Source of the DNA: Nitrospirales bacterium
Lineage (GTDB): Bacteria; Nitrospirota; Nitrospiria; Nitrospirales; UBA8639
DNA: 64,000 nucleotides
Assembly (NCBI GenBank): GCA_963555755.3
Contig: OY820905.2
Span: 2,848,001 to 2,912,000, forward strand
Direction of reading: 5' to 3'
The position numbers were made by a program, and so were the translations under genes. Shown one piece after another: positions 17,634 to 26,885 of the stretch. The notes below the pieces were generated by a model that saw only the letters and a list, made by a program, of their open reading frames with translations, did not search any database and was not told the origin of the DNA. The first letter of the stretch is position 1. Each line of letters starts with the position of its first letter.

Positions 17634-18383
17634 TTAGTGTGACACACGACTGAGCTGAATGAGGGGCTGTCGAGTCGGCTGCGGGTTTGGCCAATCATCT
17701 TGTTCAAACATCAAACAACATTTGAGTCGGCCGCAGACACCAATGCGGTGGGTGTCCTTTCCCCACACGCTTTCCTTCCGGGATAATTTCAAATTGATGG
17801 GTGTGAAATCTGACAAAAAATTCGAACAACACAAAACCAATCCACATGTATCGACTCCGCTGAGTTGACGAGCCTCCTCGCGGCTTGAAATCTGTCGCAT
17901 TTCAATTCGACAGCTAAAGTGCCGGGCAAGGTCTTTGACCAATTGGCGAAAATCCACACGCGATTCCGCCGTATAGCAAAAGGTCAACACCCGTCGCTTA
18001 AACGAGCCATAGACCTCGACTAACTTCAGGTGCAACCCTAAGGCTTCCGCTCGTTCTCGGCAAAACTCCATCCCCGACACAGCGACTTTTTGCTGATACG
18101 CAATCGTGACCTCATCCTCTTCCGCGGCTTTGCGAAGCACACTTTTCATGACCCGCATGGGGGGAGTGAAGGGAAGAACGTGGGGAGACCCATACACTTT
18201 CCCGTAGGTCACATCATTGTCGAGTTCAAGTAAAACCGTATCCCCCGCTCGTAAAGAGGAGTTCTCCGTTCGGGCCTGCTTGACCTCGCCCTGATCACGA
18301 ATTTTCACTCCGACAATGGTCACGCATTCCGGAAAGGATTCTTCCTGGTTGGGGTCAGGGGGGGGAGAGGCTTGTTCAGTCAT
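17634..18383 (-). CDS. PSP1 domain protein (RicT/YaaT-like)
   Basis: YTAESRVDFRQLVKDL, RIEMRQI, CGLVLCC, GVCGRLKCCL. Confidence 0.9.
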   Translation of the reverse strand: MTEQASPPPDPNQEESFPECVTIVGVKIRDQGEVKQARTENSSLRAGDTVLLELDNDVTYGKVYGSPHVLPFTPPMRVMKSVLRKAAEEDEVTIAYQQKVAVSGMEFCRERAEALGLHLKLVEVYGSFKRRVLTFCYTAESRVDFRQLVKDLARHFSCRIEMRQISSREEARQLSGVDTCGLVLCCSNFLSDFTPINLKLSRKESVWGKDTHRIGVCGRLKCCLMFEQDDWPNPQPTRQPLIQLSRVSH

Positions 18384-18488
18384 ACAGAGGCACCAATGTT
18401 AAATATCAGACGATATTCGTATCACATTAAAATACCGAACAGCAAGAACTTCTATAAATTAGAAATCGAAAGAACACAGAGCATTCGG

Positions 18489-20117
18489 CTACCGTGGAGC
18501 GCCCGTCAGATTCGACGGCAACTGGTGATCGAGTTGGTAGAGTACTGGCGGAGCTAATGCGTCCGCGCATGCGTGAACTTTTACCTGACCGTTGTCATGG
18601 ACTCGAACGATATCTAATGCCTGGCCATGGTGGTAATGACACCCTAGTGGAGCTAGCCCATCTTTGAGTGATTCTGGCGTATCCCAATGGGCTGTGATTA
18701 ACGCGGTTCGTGCCGGGTTTCGATGACTAAACATGAACGACAGATGATCGGGATACCAATCCGCGCCACCTGTGGCATAGGAAACAAAGAGTTTGGCTTG
18801 GGCTTGGGCCACTATATCCGAAAGATATTGATTCGTCAGAAAGCCGTTTTCTCCCACCTCTAACCACCGGCCGGGATGAGATAAACTCGCATGAGCGGTG
18901 TAGGAACGAATTTCTTTCAACTGTTGTTGGGAGGCATAGACCGTCGTAATGGGCCCATATTGTTCGACAAATTGAGTCATGACCCTATCGTGTAGGGCGG
19001 ATTTGCCATCGTTCGTTGGCCCGCTGTCTGCATGGACTAACGTATTGTGGCCTCGGTCATTGATTAAATAACAATTCCGGGGAAGCGCCAGATCGCAAGG
19101 GTCCTCACCGAAAAACGGGACCGACACCACTTGCCCACCTTCAAATTTCCAAATTTCCCCATGGGCCAACTCAATGACATTCGTGAACCCGAGTTCTCGC
19201 ATGAGGGAGAGATAATCAAAATACAAGGACTGCCGGTTTTTCCGGCTTGGCACGATGATGGGCACATCCTTAGGCAGGTTTAGCAATGTCCGGGGATCCA
19301 CATGGTCATCGTGGTCATGAGTCAAGAACACCGCCGCTGGCTGTGGCAACAAGGACGTCCACAGTGAGGGGACCGGGGATTCAGCAAACCACGGCATCAG
19401 CCAAGGATCAAACCAGAGAAAGGAATTCTGCTGTCGGTACATCAATGCGGCATGACCCAAGTGCACCATGTCTTGATCTCGTGTGGCATCCAACCAATGT
19501 GTTCGAACGGAAGAGGTGTTCGACACCGTCAGACATTCATGCGTGGCAAGCTGCTCCACGAGATGGGTCAAATGGTGTTCAATCTCGCGACCAGAGGCCG
19601 TGGCAATTGTGCGAATTTCCGCCACGGTTCGCGTCCCATTCAAAAATCCCAACAGCTTTCCCACCACCGGTGAAAGCGGACGATCAAACCTAAACGGTAC
19701 GGCTTGGTGCGTGACCGCATTAAAAATTCGCAACCCGGAATAATTCATGACCGCAGACTTATCACGATCTTGAGGAAATTCCCAAAGAAACGTGCCATCA
19801 GGATTCCGCCCGCAACGGATGTGAGCCTGGAGCCGCGGGCGCGTTCGTACGACTTCCGCGTACGCATCCTCAAGGCGCCCACGAATTTCTGGATCATCTA
19901 CTGTGGTACGTTGAGCAAAGACATCACTGATCACAGTTTCCACGGAACTCATGAGAATGCTATGCACCTCATGGAGACTTGCGACAACCTCAGGATCAAC
20001 ACCACCCATAAACGGAAACGGACCTGGTGGCTCCGAGTTTTCCAATTGCACCCATACCCACGGTTGCAATCCCACAAATTGATTCGAGCCAAATTGATCC
20101 CAAATAGCCATAGTCAC
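18489..20117 (-). CDS. MBL-fold metalloenzyme, CmlA-like diiron hydroxylase type
   Basis: HLGHAA, DPW, THDHDDH, PFFGE, HADS. Confidence 0.75.
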   Translation of the reverse strand: MTMAIWDQFGSNQFVGLQPWVWVQLENSEPPGPFPFMGGVDPEVVASLHEVHSILMSSVETVISDVFAQRTTVDDPEIRGRLEDAYAEVVRTRPRLQAHIRCGRNPDGTFLWEFPQDRDKSAVMNYSGLRIFNAVTHQAVPFRFDRPLSPVVGKLLGFLNGTRTVAEIRTIATASGREIEHHLTHLVEQLATHECLTVSNTSSVRTHWLDATRDQDMVHLGHAALMYRQQNSFLWFDPWLMPWFAESPVPSLWTSLLPQPAAVFLTHDHDDHVDPRTLLNLPKDVPIIVPSRKNRQSLYFDYLSLMRELGFTNVIELAHGEIWKFEGGQVVSVPFFGEDPCDLALPRNCYLINDRGHNTLVHADSGPTNDGKSALHDRVMTQFVEQYGPITTVYASQQQLKEIRSYTAHASLSHPGRWLEVGENGFLTNQYLSDIVAQAQAKLFVSYATGGADWYPDHLSFMFSHRNPARTALITAHWDTPESLKDGLAPLGCHYHHGQALDIVRVHDNGQVKVHACADALAPPVLYQLDHQLPSNLTGAPR

Positions 20118-20195
20118 AAAAATGCTTTCTTATTGAGTTGGTCTAGAATAAAGGAATTGACCTGACGTGTCTGGTTGTCAAAACACCACGGGTGG

Positions 20196-20660
20196 TTATG
20201 ACGAAAAACGAATGGCACTAATCGTTGGATCATAAAGAATTTGGATGACTATGTGATCAGGATCAGCAAGATAAAATGAATAACTATCATCTCGGTGTTG
20301 TTTCGGATGATGCACAATGTTTACCCCCTCTTCCACCACCTGCTTATACAGTTGATCCACCCTCTCCGGGGTCTCCATCAAAAAACCCAAGTGGTCCAAA
20401 AACTGTCCGTGGCCTGGTCGATGTTCGTGAAGGTCACCACTGGGAATTTGGTGAAGCGCAAGGTTATCGACGCCCGAACTCATATAGACATTTTCGGCAT
20501 CCGGTTCCCAGACAATGTCCATCCCAAACCATTTCTGATAAAACGCTTTTGACCGGGCCAGGTTCGAGACCTTCAGCGCCACATGGCGTAGACCTCTTGT
20601 TGAGGGGATTTTTCGTTGGTCTTTCTCGGCCATAATCATGCTACCGAATATTCGGATCAC
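20196..20660 (-). CDS. VOC/glyoxalase family protein
   Basis: LRHVALKV..FY, DHLGF, SFYLADPD. Confidence 0.88.
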   Translation of the reverse strand: MIRIFGSMIMAEKDQRKIPSTRGLRHVALKVSNLARSKAFYQKWFGMDIVWEPDAENVYMSSGVDNLALHQIPSGDLHEHRPGHGQFLDHLGFLMETPERVDQLYKQVVEEGVNIVHHPKQHRDDSYSFYLADPDHIVIQILYDPTISAIRFSS

Positions 20661-20852
20661 CCCATCTTAACGGTGCTTTGGGTGGGGAGCAACTCCCATA
20701 ATATTGGCCAGGATACACATGACATGATCTCATCAAAACCAGATTCGAATTTCGAACTGCTCCTGCATTGTGGTACTATCAAACCCACAGAAATCGCTCT
20801 CGGGAACTTTCGAGAGGCACCAACATTTTCGCCAAACTCGTTGCCTTAATCC

Positions 20853-21725
20853 ATGACTCCCCCATCCGACTCTGACCAACCAACTGGATTCGCTGGAAGA
20901 ACCGTCGCGGCCTTCGAAAGCCGCATGGCCGATCAAATGGCCGCACTTATTTCACGTCATGGAGGCACACCCCTCGTAGGACCATCCATGCAAGAGATTC
21001 CCTTAGAAAACAATCCGCAAGCGCTGGACTTCGCTGATCACCTGACGGCGGGATCCATTGACATGCTGATTTTGCTCACCGGCGTTGGGACAAGGACCTT
21101 AGTGGATGTGTGGAAAACACGGTTCTCTTTGGAAGACATCACACATGCTTTAACTCGGACCACACTCGTCGCCCGTGGACCCAAACCCATTGCAGCCTTA
21201 AAGGAATTGGGACTCAAACCTCACCTCGTGGTCCCTGAACCTAATACTTGGAAGGATATCCTCCAAACACTGGACACATTCAAACCTGCGGGACTCTCCG
21301 GACTACAGATCGCCATTCAAGAATACGGCATACCCAACAAGGAACTTGTGGAAGGGTTAACGAAGCGGGGAGCCCAAGTCACGAGTGTGCCTGTGTACCG
21401 ATGGGCTCTTCCTGATGATGTGGAACCTCTTAAACATGCCCTCCGGAGCATTTTGGACGGAAACGTAGCGGTGGTACTATTCACCAGCGCAGCGCAAGTC
21501 GATCATGTCGTGGAAATGCTCCACGCAACCAACGAACTCGAACCCTTTCGTCACGCTCTTGGAAAAACCATGGTCGCCTCGATTGGCCCAATGACCAGCC
21601 AGCGTCTCGGGCAACATCAATTCCCGATTGACTTTGAACCTTCCCATTCAAAAATGGGAATTTTGGTCAAAGAAGCCAGCGCCCACGTCGGTGATATCCT
21701 CAACCAAAAACAGAAAGCCTGCTAA
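20853..21725 (+). CDS. hemD: Uroporphyrinogen-III synthase
   Basis: VAAFESR, LTGVG, ARGPKP, QEYG, VYRW, FTSAAQV, SIGP. Confidence 0.88.
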   Translation: MTPPSDSDQPTGFAGRTVAAFESRMADQMAALISRHGGTPLVGPSMQEIPLENNPQALDFADHLTAGSIDMLILLTGVGTRTLVDVWKTRFSLEDITHALTRTTLVARGPKPIAALKELGLKPHLVVPEPNTWKDILQTLDTFKPAGLSGLQIAIQEYGIPNKELVEGLTKRGAQVTSVPVYRWALPDDVEPLKHALRSILDGNVAVVLFTSAAQVDHVVEMLHATNELEPFRHALGKTMVASIGPMTSQRLGQHQFPIDFEPSHSKMGILVKEASAHVGDILNQKQKAC

Positions 21726-21834
21726 ATAGTACTTAAGTACGGCCACAAAGTCATCACCCCTATTGGCCATCTCCGCGATAGCGTGACTCCTGAAAATCAA
21801 GAAAAAATCCTTAATTTTCAACATCTTTGAAATG

Positions 21835-21883
21835 GACAAGTGTAATGTGGTAAATACATTGACAAGTGTAATGTGGTAAATAC
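21835..21883. repeat. Tandem duplication with 26-bp period
   Basis: GACAAGTGTAATGTGGTAAATAC occurs twice. Confidence 0.95.
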
Positions 21884-22244
21884 GTGGATCAATTCCATGG
21901 TCACCACTTAAGATGAAAAAGCGTAGATTCAGCTAACAAGGCCTTCCTCGCTGACCTCATTCGCCCACATCTTATCTTAACGTTAGATCTTTACCGAGCT
22001 TAGAAACACTTTCGAGTCTGACTTGGCTGGTGCGTGAAGCTGAGGAACACGCAAGTTCACCAGAAAATGATAGCCGAACTGGGATAAAGCGCAATAGGAT
22101 ATTGCTCAAGAAAAGTCCATTCTATTGACCGAAAATAACAGGTAACGCGAAAGAGATGCGTATGATCACAATGGCTATCGTCATGGGCACCAACGGATTG
22201 GGTATCTCTGATCCACGCAATCCCATATTACGGGAGACCCAACG

Positions 22245-23057
22245 ATGATCTATTCCAGAAATGGCACTCATCCAACTAAAATCACGACAGCTCTTTTACT
22301 CGCTGCGGGTGCGGGAACCCGCCTTCAACCATTGACCTGGGATGTTCCCAAGTGCCTCACTGAGGTCGGCGGTATTCCTATCCTCGAACGGCTGGTCAAC
22401 AATCTGCGCACACAGGGATTTGAACGGTTAGTCGTGGTGATCGGACACTTGGGTAGTCGTATCCAGGAATTTCTGCAACACCACGCAGGTGGTATGCGGA
22501 TTGATTACGTGGTCAATCCAGTGTACCGGACAACCAATAATATCTACTCTCTCTGGCTGGCTCGGCAGCAGATCCGGGAGCCGTTTTTGTTGGTGGAAAG
22601 TGATTTGATTTTTGAGGCCAGCATGCTGACCAACATGCTCCAACCTGACAAGATCGCGATTTCCAGGATACTCCCTTGGATGAACGGCACCACGGTGGAA
22701 CTTGGGGCCAAAAGGCGGGTTACAGCTTTTCGCATGGGTGGTGATAGTTGTGATTTTGCACGCCAGTATAAAACTGTCAATCTCTACAGCTTCTCCCTTC
22801 ATTCATGGAGCAAGGTTGAGAAAAGGTTAAGCCGCTATGTCTCGGAACGCAGAGTTGGTGAGTTTTACGAAGCTGTATTAGCCGAGATGGTCGCTGACGG
22901 CACACTTTGTTTCGACGCGGTCTTCTTCGATGCAAACCGATGGTATGAGATTGATACCACAATGGATTTGCACGGGGCAGAAAATCTATTTACCCAACAC
23001 CGTTCCATCGCCAATCACCCCCTCTTCGTCACTGAACCTCCAGCCGTTCGTGTCTGA
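22245..23057 (+). CDS. Phosphocholine cytidylyltransferase (LicC)-like NTP transferase
   Basis: LAAGAGTRL, PKCL, TNNIYSLW, ESDLIF, WYEIDT. Confidence 0.85.
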   Translation: MIYSRNGTHPTKITTALLLAAGAGTRLQPLTWDVPKCLTEVGGIPILERLVNNLRTQGFERLVVVIGHLGSRIQEFLQHHAGGMRIDYVVNPVYRTTNNIYSLWLARQQIREPFLLVESDLIFEASMLTNMLQPDKIAISRILPWMNGTTVELGAKRRVTAFRMGGDSCDFARQYKTVNLYSFSLHSWSKVEKRLSRYVSERRVGEFYEAVLAEMVADGTLCFDAVFFDANRWYEIDTTMDLHGAENLFTQHRSIANHPLFVTEPPAVRV

Positions 23058-23865
23058 AATCGATCCCGCATCAGTCAACCGGTATTGGGAGAACGTCAAG
23101 TCTTCAATACTCGGGCCATACATGATGGATGGCTTCGGCTTTCCTGTAAGTGCAGGCGATTTTCGTTTTCGTGGGGAGGTTCGAATCGTCCGACGCTTGC
23201 TTCGTGGAATCGAGCACAATAGTTCGGTTCTCGATCTCGGGAGCGGTGTTGGCTATTGGGCCGAGGAGTTTGCCCGCAGTTTTTTACGAGTGGACGCTAT
23301 CGAAGGCAGCCATGTACTCTACCAGGCGTTGAAGGAGCGATGCACCCCGTATCCCAACATCCGCGCCATACACGGTGATGTCCTGTCATTCCAGCCAGAT
23401 GGCCATAATAGCTTGATCTTCCTCGGCGGCTTGCTCATGTACCTGGACGAACATGACGTGATTGCCCTGCTGCAAAAGTTGGTCCCGTGTCTCAGGCCAG
23501 GTGGGATCATCCTGTGCCGTGAGTCCACGGTTCGGGGTAAGACGGTGACGCGCACTGGCGACTATTCCGTCGTGTATCGTTCAGTGTCGGACTACACACG
23601 CATCTTCAATCAATGCGGATTGACCCTCAAGCACGTTGAACGAAACGAGCCCTATGCCCTCATGCAAATGGGATGTGACCTGATCAGAAAATGGAAGCGG
23701 GTCATTCCGAAACCCTTTCAGGCGCTGCCAATCGTGGGTGGCCTGACCTATTGGTGTATACGTGTAGGAGCTCCCTTGATTAAGCGTCTCCCCAAGGCCC
23801 TCGGAATTCCGTTTCCGAGCCTGGAGAATCACTTTTTCGTACTCGGAACCGGACCGATAGAATAA
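23050..23865 (+). CDS. Class I SAM methyltransferase, PEAMT-like
   Basis: VLDLGSGVG, LLMYL, PGGIILCRES; likely GTG start at 23050 overlapping the upstream gene. Confidence 0.85.
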   Translation: MSEIDPASVNRYWENVKSSILGPYMMDGFGFPVSAGDFRFRGEVRIVRRLLRGIEHNSSVLDLGSGVGYWAEEFARSFLRVDAIEGSHVLYQALKERCTPYPNIRAIHGDVLSFQPDGHNSLIFLGGLLMYLDEHDVIALLQKLVPCLRPGGIILCRESTVRGKTVTRTGDYSVVYRSVSDYTRIFNQCGLTLKHVERNEPYALMQMGCDLIRKWKRVIPKPFQALPIVGGLTYWCIRVGAPLIKRLPKALGIPFPSLENHFFVLGTGPIE

Positions 23866-23890
23866 ACCTAGCAATGGTTCAGATCACCCT

Positions 23891-24556
23891 ATGGGAAACA
23901 CACAAGGAAACTTTGTCTATCGGAACCTGGCCAATGCAGCCTCAATTCTCGGTGTGCTGCCTCTGGTGTTGCTGTTCTTCGAAGGAGGGTATCTTTATGT
24001 GATTCCACTTATCATCTACAACAATGTGATGGATGACCTCGATGGGGTACTGGCTGCCAAGTTGAATATCCGTAGCCAATTCGGTGCCAATCTTGACAAT
24101 ATCTGCGATGCCGTCGCCCATGTAGCTCTGGTCATGGCAGTAGGCGCACATTTCGGTGGACTGGCCTTGATGGGAAGCATGATCGTTTCGGCTTCGATCA
24201 TTCTTCGAGTAGCGTCCCGGCTCAATCCGGATAGTGTGGCAGGCACCGGTTCGCCGACCAATGAACTCATGCGTCACATGCTGTTCCTCCTTCTGTTGAC
24301 ACACATGTTTGATGTTGACCCTGAATTGTATCTGGTTCTGATTTTTAGTTTGCATGTGGTCACCATGAACGTGCCGTTCAAGTTACCTTTCCTTATTCGA
24401 GGGCTAGCAAAGACCGCCACGACGGTTACGTTGGTGAATGTGGCACTAGTGGCGGCGTGGCTCATACCATCCGTTTCGCCATTCATAGCAACGGCCTTCA
24501 TCGCCACCTATTTGTATTCATTTGTGGTAGGAGGGACGCAATGGCTAAGGACCTGA
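23891..24556 (+). CDS. CDP-alcohol phosphatidyltransferase
   Basis: DDLDGVLAA..FGANLDNICD signature; multiple TMs. Confidence 0.9.
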   Translation: MGNTQGNFVYRNLANAASILGVLPLVLLFFEGGYLYVIPLIIYNNVMDDLDGVLAAKLNIRSQFGANLDNICDAVAHVALVMAVGAHFGGLALMGSMIVSASIILRVASRLNPDSVAGTGSPTNELMRHMLFLLLLTHMFDVDPELYLVLIFSLHVVTMNVPFKLPFLIRGLAKTATTVTLVNVALVAAWLIPSVSPFIATAFIATYLYSFVVGGTQWLRT

Positions 24557-24793
24557 GAGAAGTTGTGGTATAGAAGAATCGTAAAATCCCCCCTACCCCC
24601 ATTTTCCAAAGGCGGAATCTAGCGGTAGCCTCTCCCCAATGTATTTTCTTGAACCCCAGGCATTCGAGTTTCCGGTAAATCTGTCCACTCAGTTTCGCGA
24701 AGACCCGGAATTAATAAAGTTTTACTTACGTCCGACAAATATGGATAATACCAATGGCCGAAGTTCCTTTTGATTTGTTTGGAGGTGTACCTG

Positions 24794-25276
24794 ATGCTCA
24801 GCCGGTTTCGTCGACCAGGGCTGATGTATGCATTGACGCTATCCTGGATGGTTCTCTGGGTAACCATCTTTCCGCTGGTTCATGTTCATCCTGAAGCAGA
24901 TCATGCCCATGGGGGTATCCACCACCAGCATGGTGGGCTTGCCCACTCTGTGCTTTCGCAAGATTTACCCTGCGAGTTTGGGAACGACTCCTATCACTCT
25001 ACAGAAAAGCAAACTCATCTTGTCGGGTTTCCGGGTCACACTCATGGGCACTCTCACGCATTGAGTCACACAGAAATTACCTTTTCTGCCCTGAATTCTT
25101 CATCAGATGGACCGCTCAAAAAACAGTTTGTAGAATCTTTTGGAACTGTTGACCAAAATGCCTCGCCATCCTATGGCCTGGCTTGGGGAAATGTCCTTCC
25201 TCAACAAAACGATTGCTCTTCCAATCACTTCATCCAACCCTACTCTTCTCGACCTCCGCCAGTTCTCCACATTTAA
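24794..25276 (+). CDS. His-rich exported protein upstream of the metal efflux operon
   Basis: RBS GGAGGT; hydrophobic N-terminus then HVHPEADHAHGGIHHQH, HTHGHSH; ends RPPP. Confidence 0.7.
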   Translation: MLSRFRRPGLMYALTLSWMVLWVTIFPLVHVHPEADHAHGGIHHQHGGLAHSVLSQDLPCEFGNDSYHSTEKQTHLVGFPGHTHGHSHALSHTEITFSALNSSSDGPLKKQFVESFGTVDQNASPSYGLAWGNVLPQQNDCSSNHFIQPYSSRPPPVLHI

Positions 25277-25278
25277 CA

Positions 25279-25545
25279 GGGAATGTTGAAAAAGGGCGTC
25301 AGCGGCGTTCTCGGCCCTTTGTCGTGCTCACGTGCTATGAGTACGCTCCGCGCGCCAAAAGCGCCTGCGGCCTTGCACACCGAGTAGTCAGTACCACTCG
25401 ATGGGGGGGATGTTCGAAGGGGGTGTTCCCCCTTCGAGGGGTCACAGGCCCTGCTGTTTGGGCCGTCCTAGGGGCAGAGCCCCTGGGAAAGTCAGATGGG
25501 AAGCCTGGAGACCATCTGGCTGAGCGCACCTTTTTGAACATCCCC
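25279..25545. mobile_element. MITE family B carrying an about 143-bp multi-hairpin insert (25377-25520)
   Basis: The two halves rejoin to match the reverse complement of 4057-4178. Confidence 0.85.
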
Positions 25546-25577
25546 ATGATCTTAATAGTTCATAAAATTAGTCAATC

Positions 25578-26750
25578 GTGAAGAGGCTCGTCGTGAAAAA
25601 TAAATGGCTCATTCTCCTTCCGTTCCTTTTGATTCAGGCATGCTCTGATTCACCAGAACCACCAACAGACGCCGCCTCACAAGAAGCCGAGCCGCCAGGG
25701 GCAACGAATCCTTCGCCGTTGCATCTCACCGAATCGGCACAACAACGAATCAAAACCGCACCTGTGGAAGAACGGATGCTCTCCAAAACGATTACGGCAC
25801 CAGGGAATGTCGCGTTGAATCTTGCCAAGATGGCGAAGATATCCTCGCGCATTGAAGGCCAGGCGGAACAGGTCTTCGTTCAATTAGGGAACCGTGTGAA
25901 AAAAGGGGTGCCGTTAGTCGCGATTGGAAGCCTTAAGCTGGATGAGTTGGTTCAGGAGTTTTTGGTCTCTCAAGTTCAAGTGGAGCTTCGGAAAGCCAAC
26001 TTCGAGCGCACCCAAACACTGTACGAGGAACAAATCGTATCTGAACGCCGCTTGATGGAAGATCGTGCGCATTATTTAGAATCCAAAGCCATCAACCAGC
26101 ATGTCACAGAAAAACTTCAGAACATGGGTTTGGCAAAAAATGAACTGGACGAACTGCTGCACAGCCATACCATGGAAGGGCATCGCTATATTATTAAATC
26201 ACCGTTGGCTGGAATTATTTCAGAACAAACCGTAGTGCTCGGTCAGGGAATCAGAACCGGCGACCACCTTTTCGAGGTCGTAGATACTCGCCAAGTCTGG
26301 GTCTTTGCCAGTCTTCCCATAGAACAAGCACAGCATTTCAAGGAAGGTGATCGCGGCACGATCGTCGCTAAAGGCCGAATGCCGATTAAAGCTCCCCTAA
26401 CCTATATCGCGCCTGTAGCAGACAAAGCGACATTGACCGTTCAGCTTCGGTTCGATGTTGCCAATCAGAAAGGTTTATTAAAACCAAACGAATATGTGGA
26501 GGTCCGGTTGGAGCAAGGAGCCTCATTACTTTTGGCTATTCCCGTGACAGCTCCTACGTTAGTTGAAGGGGTTCGAGGAGTCTTTGTGAAGCAGGCGAAG
26601 GACTTTACGTTCATCCCTGTGACACTTGGCCAAGAGAGTGATGGCTGGATCGAAGTCACCGAGGGGCTCACCGTTGGAGATGAGGTGGTCATTGAAGGTG
26701 TATTCGATTTGAAAAATTCACTTCTTAAAGATTCGATCGCAGGGGATTGA
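25578..26750 (+). CDS. RND efflux periplasmic adaptor (CzcB-like)
   Basis: Lipobox LIQAC, ISSRIEG, IKSPLAG, GLTVGDEVV. Confidence 0.9.
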   Translation: MKRLVVKNKWLILLPFLLIQACSDSPEPPTDAASQEAEPPGATNPSPLHLTESAQQRIKTAPVEERMLSKTITAPGNVALNLAKMAKISSRIEGQAEQVFVQLGNRVKKGVPLVAIGSLKLDELVQEFLVSQVQVELRKANFERTQTLYEEQIVSERRLMEDRAHYLESKAINQHVTEKLQNMGLAKNELDELLHSHTMEGHRYIIKSPLAGIISEQTVVLGQGIRTGDHLFEVVDTRQVWVFASLPIEQAQHFKEGDRGTIVAKGRMPIKAPLTYIAPVADKATLTVQLRFDVANQKGLLKPNEYVEVRLEQGASLLLAIPVTAPTLVEGVRGVFVKQAKDFTFIPVTLGQESDGWIEVTEGLTVGDEVVIEGVFDLKNSLLKDSIAGD

Positions 26751-26759
26751 GCTGGAGAT

Positions 26760-26870
26760 CGTAATGCGTAAAGCGTCATGCGTGATGAGTAAAAGACAAA
26801 GAATACGTCCAGCGGATCAGGGTTTATGTTTTACCCATTTCGCTTCACGCATCACGCATAACGCATCACG
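26760..26870. repeat. Inverted heptamer arrays (CGTGATG)n..(CATCACG)n
   Basis: About 5 degenerate units on the left arm and about 6 on the right. Confidence 0.75.
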
Positions 26871-26885
26871 AGGTTTATAGAAAAA

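Noticed and set aside
21835..21883. Possible mini-CRISPR
   Set aside because: Only two units with a 3-bp gap, no spacer-length sequence and no cas genes.
21931..21988. attC-like AGCTAAC..GTTAGAT after a stop codon
   Set aside because: The internal arms do not pair and there is no cassette ORF; at best a heavily degraded site.
25183..25581. ORFs across the nested MITE
   Set aside because: Repeat-derived, with no protein-like features.
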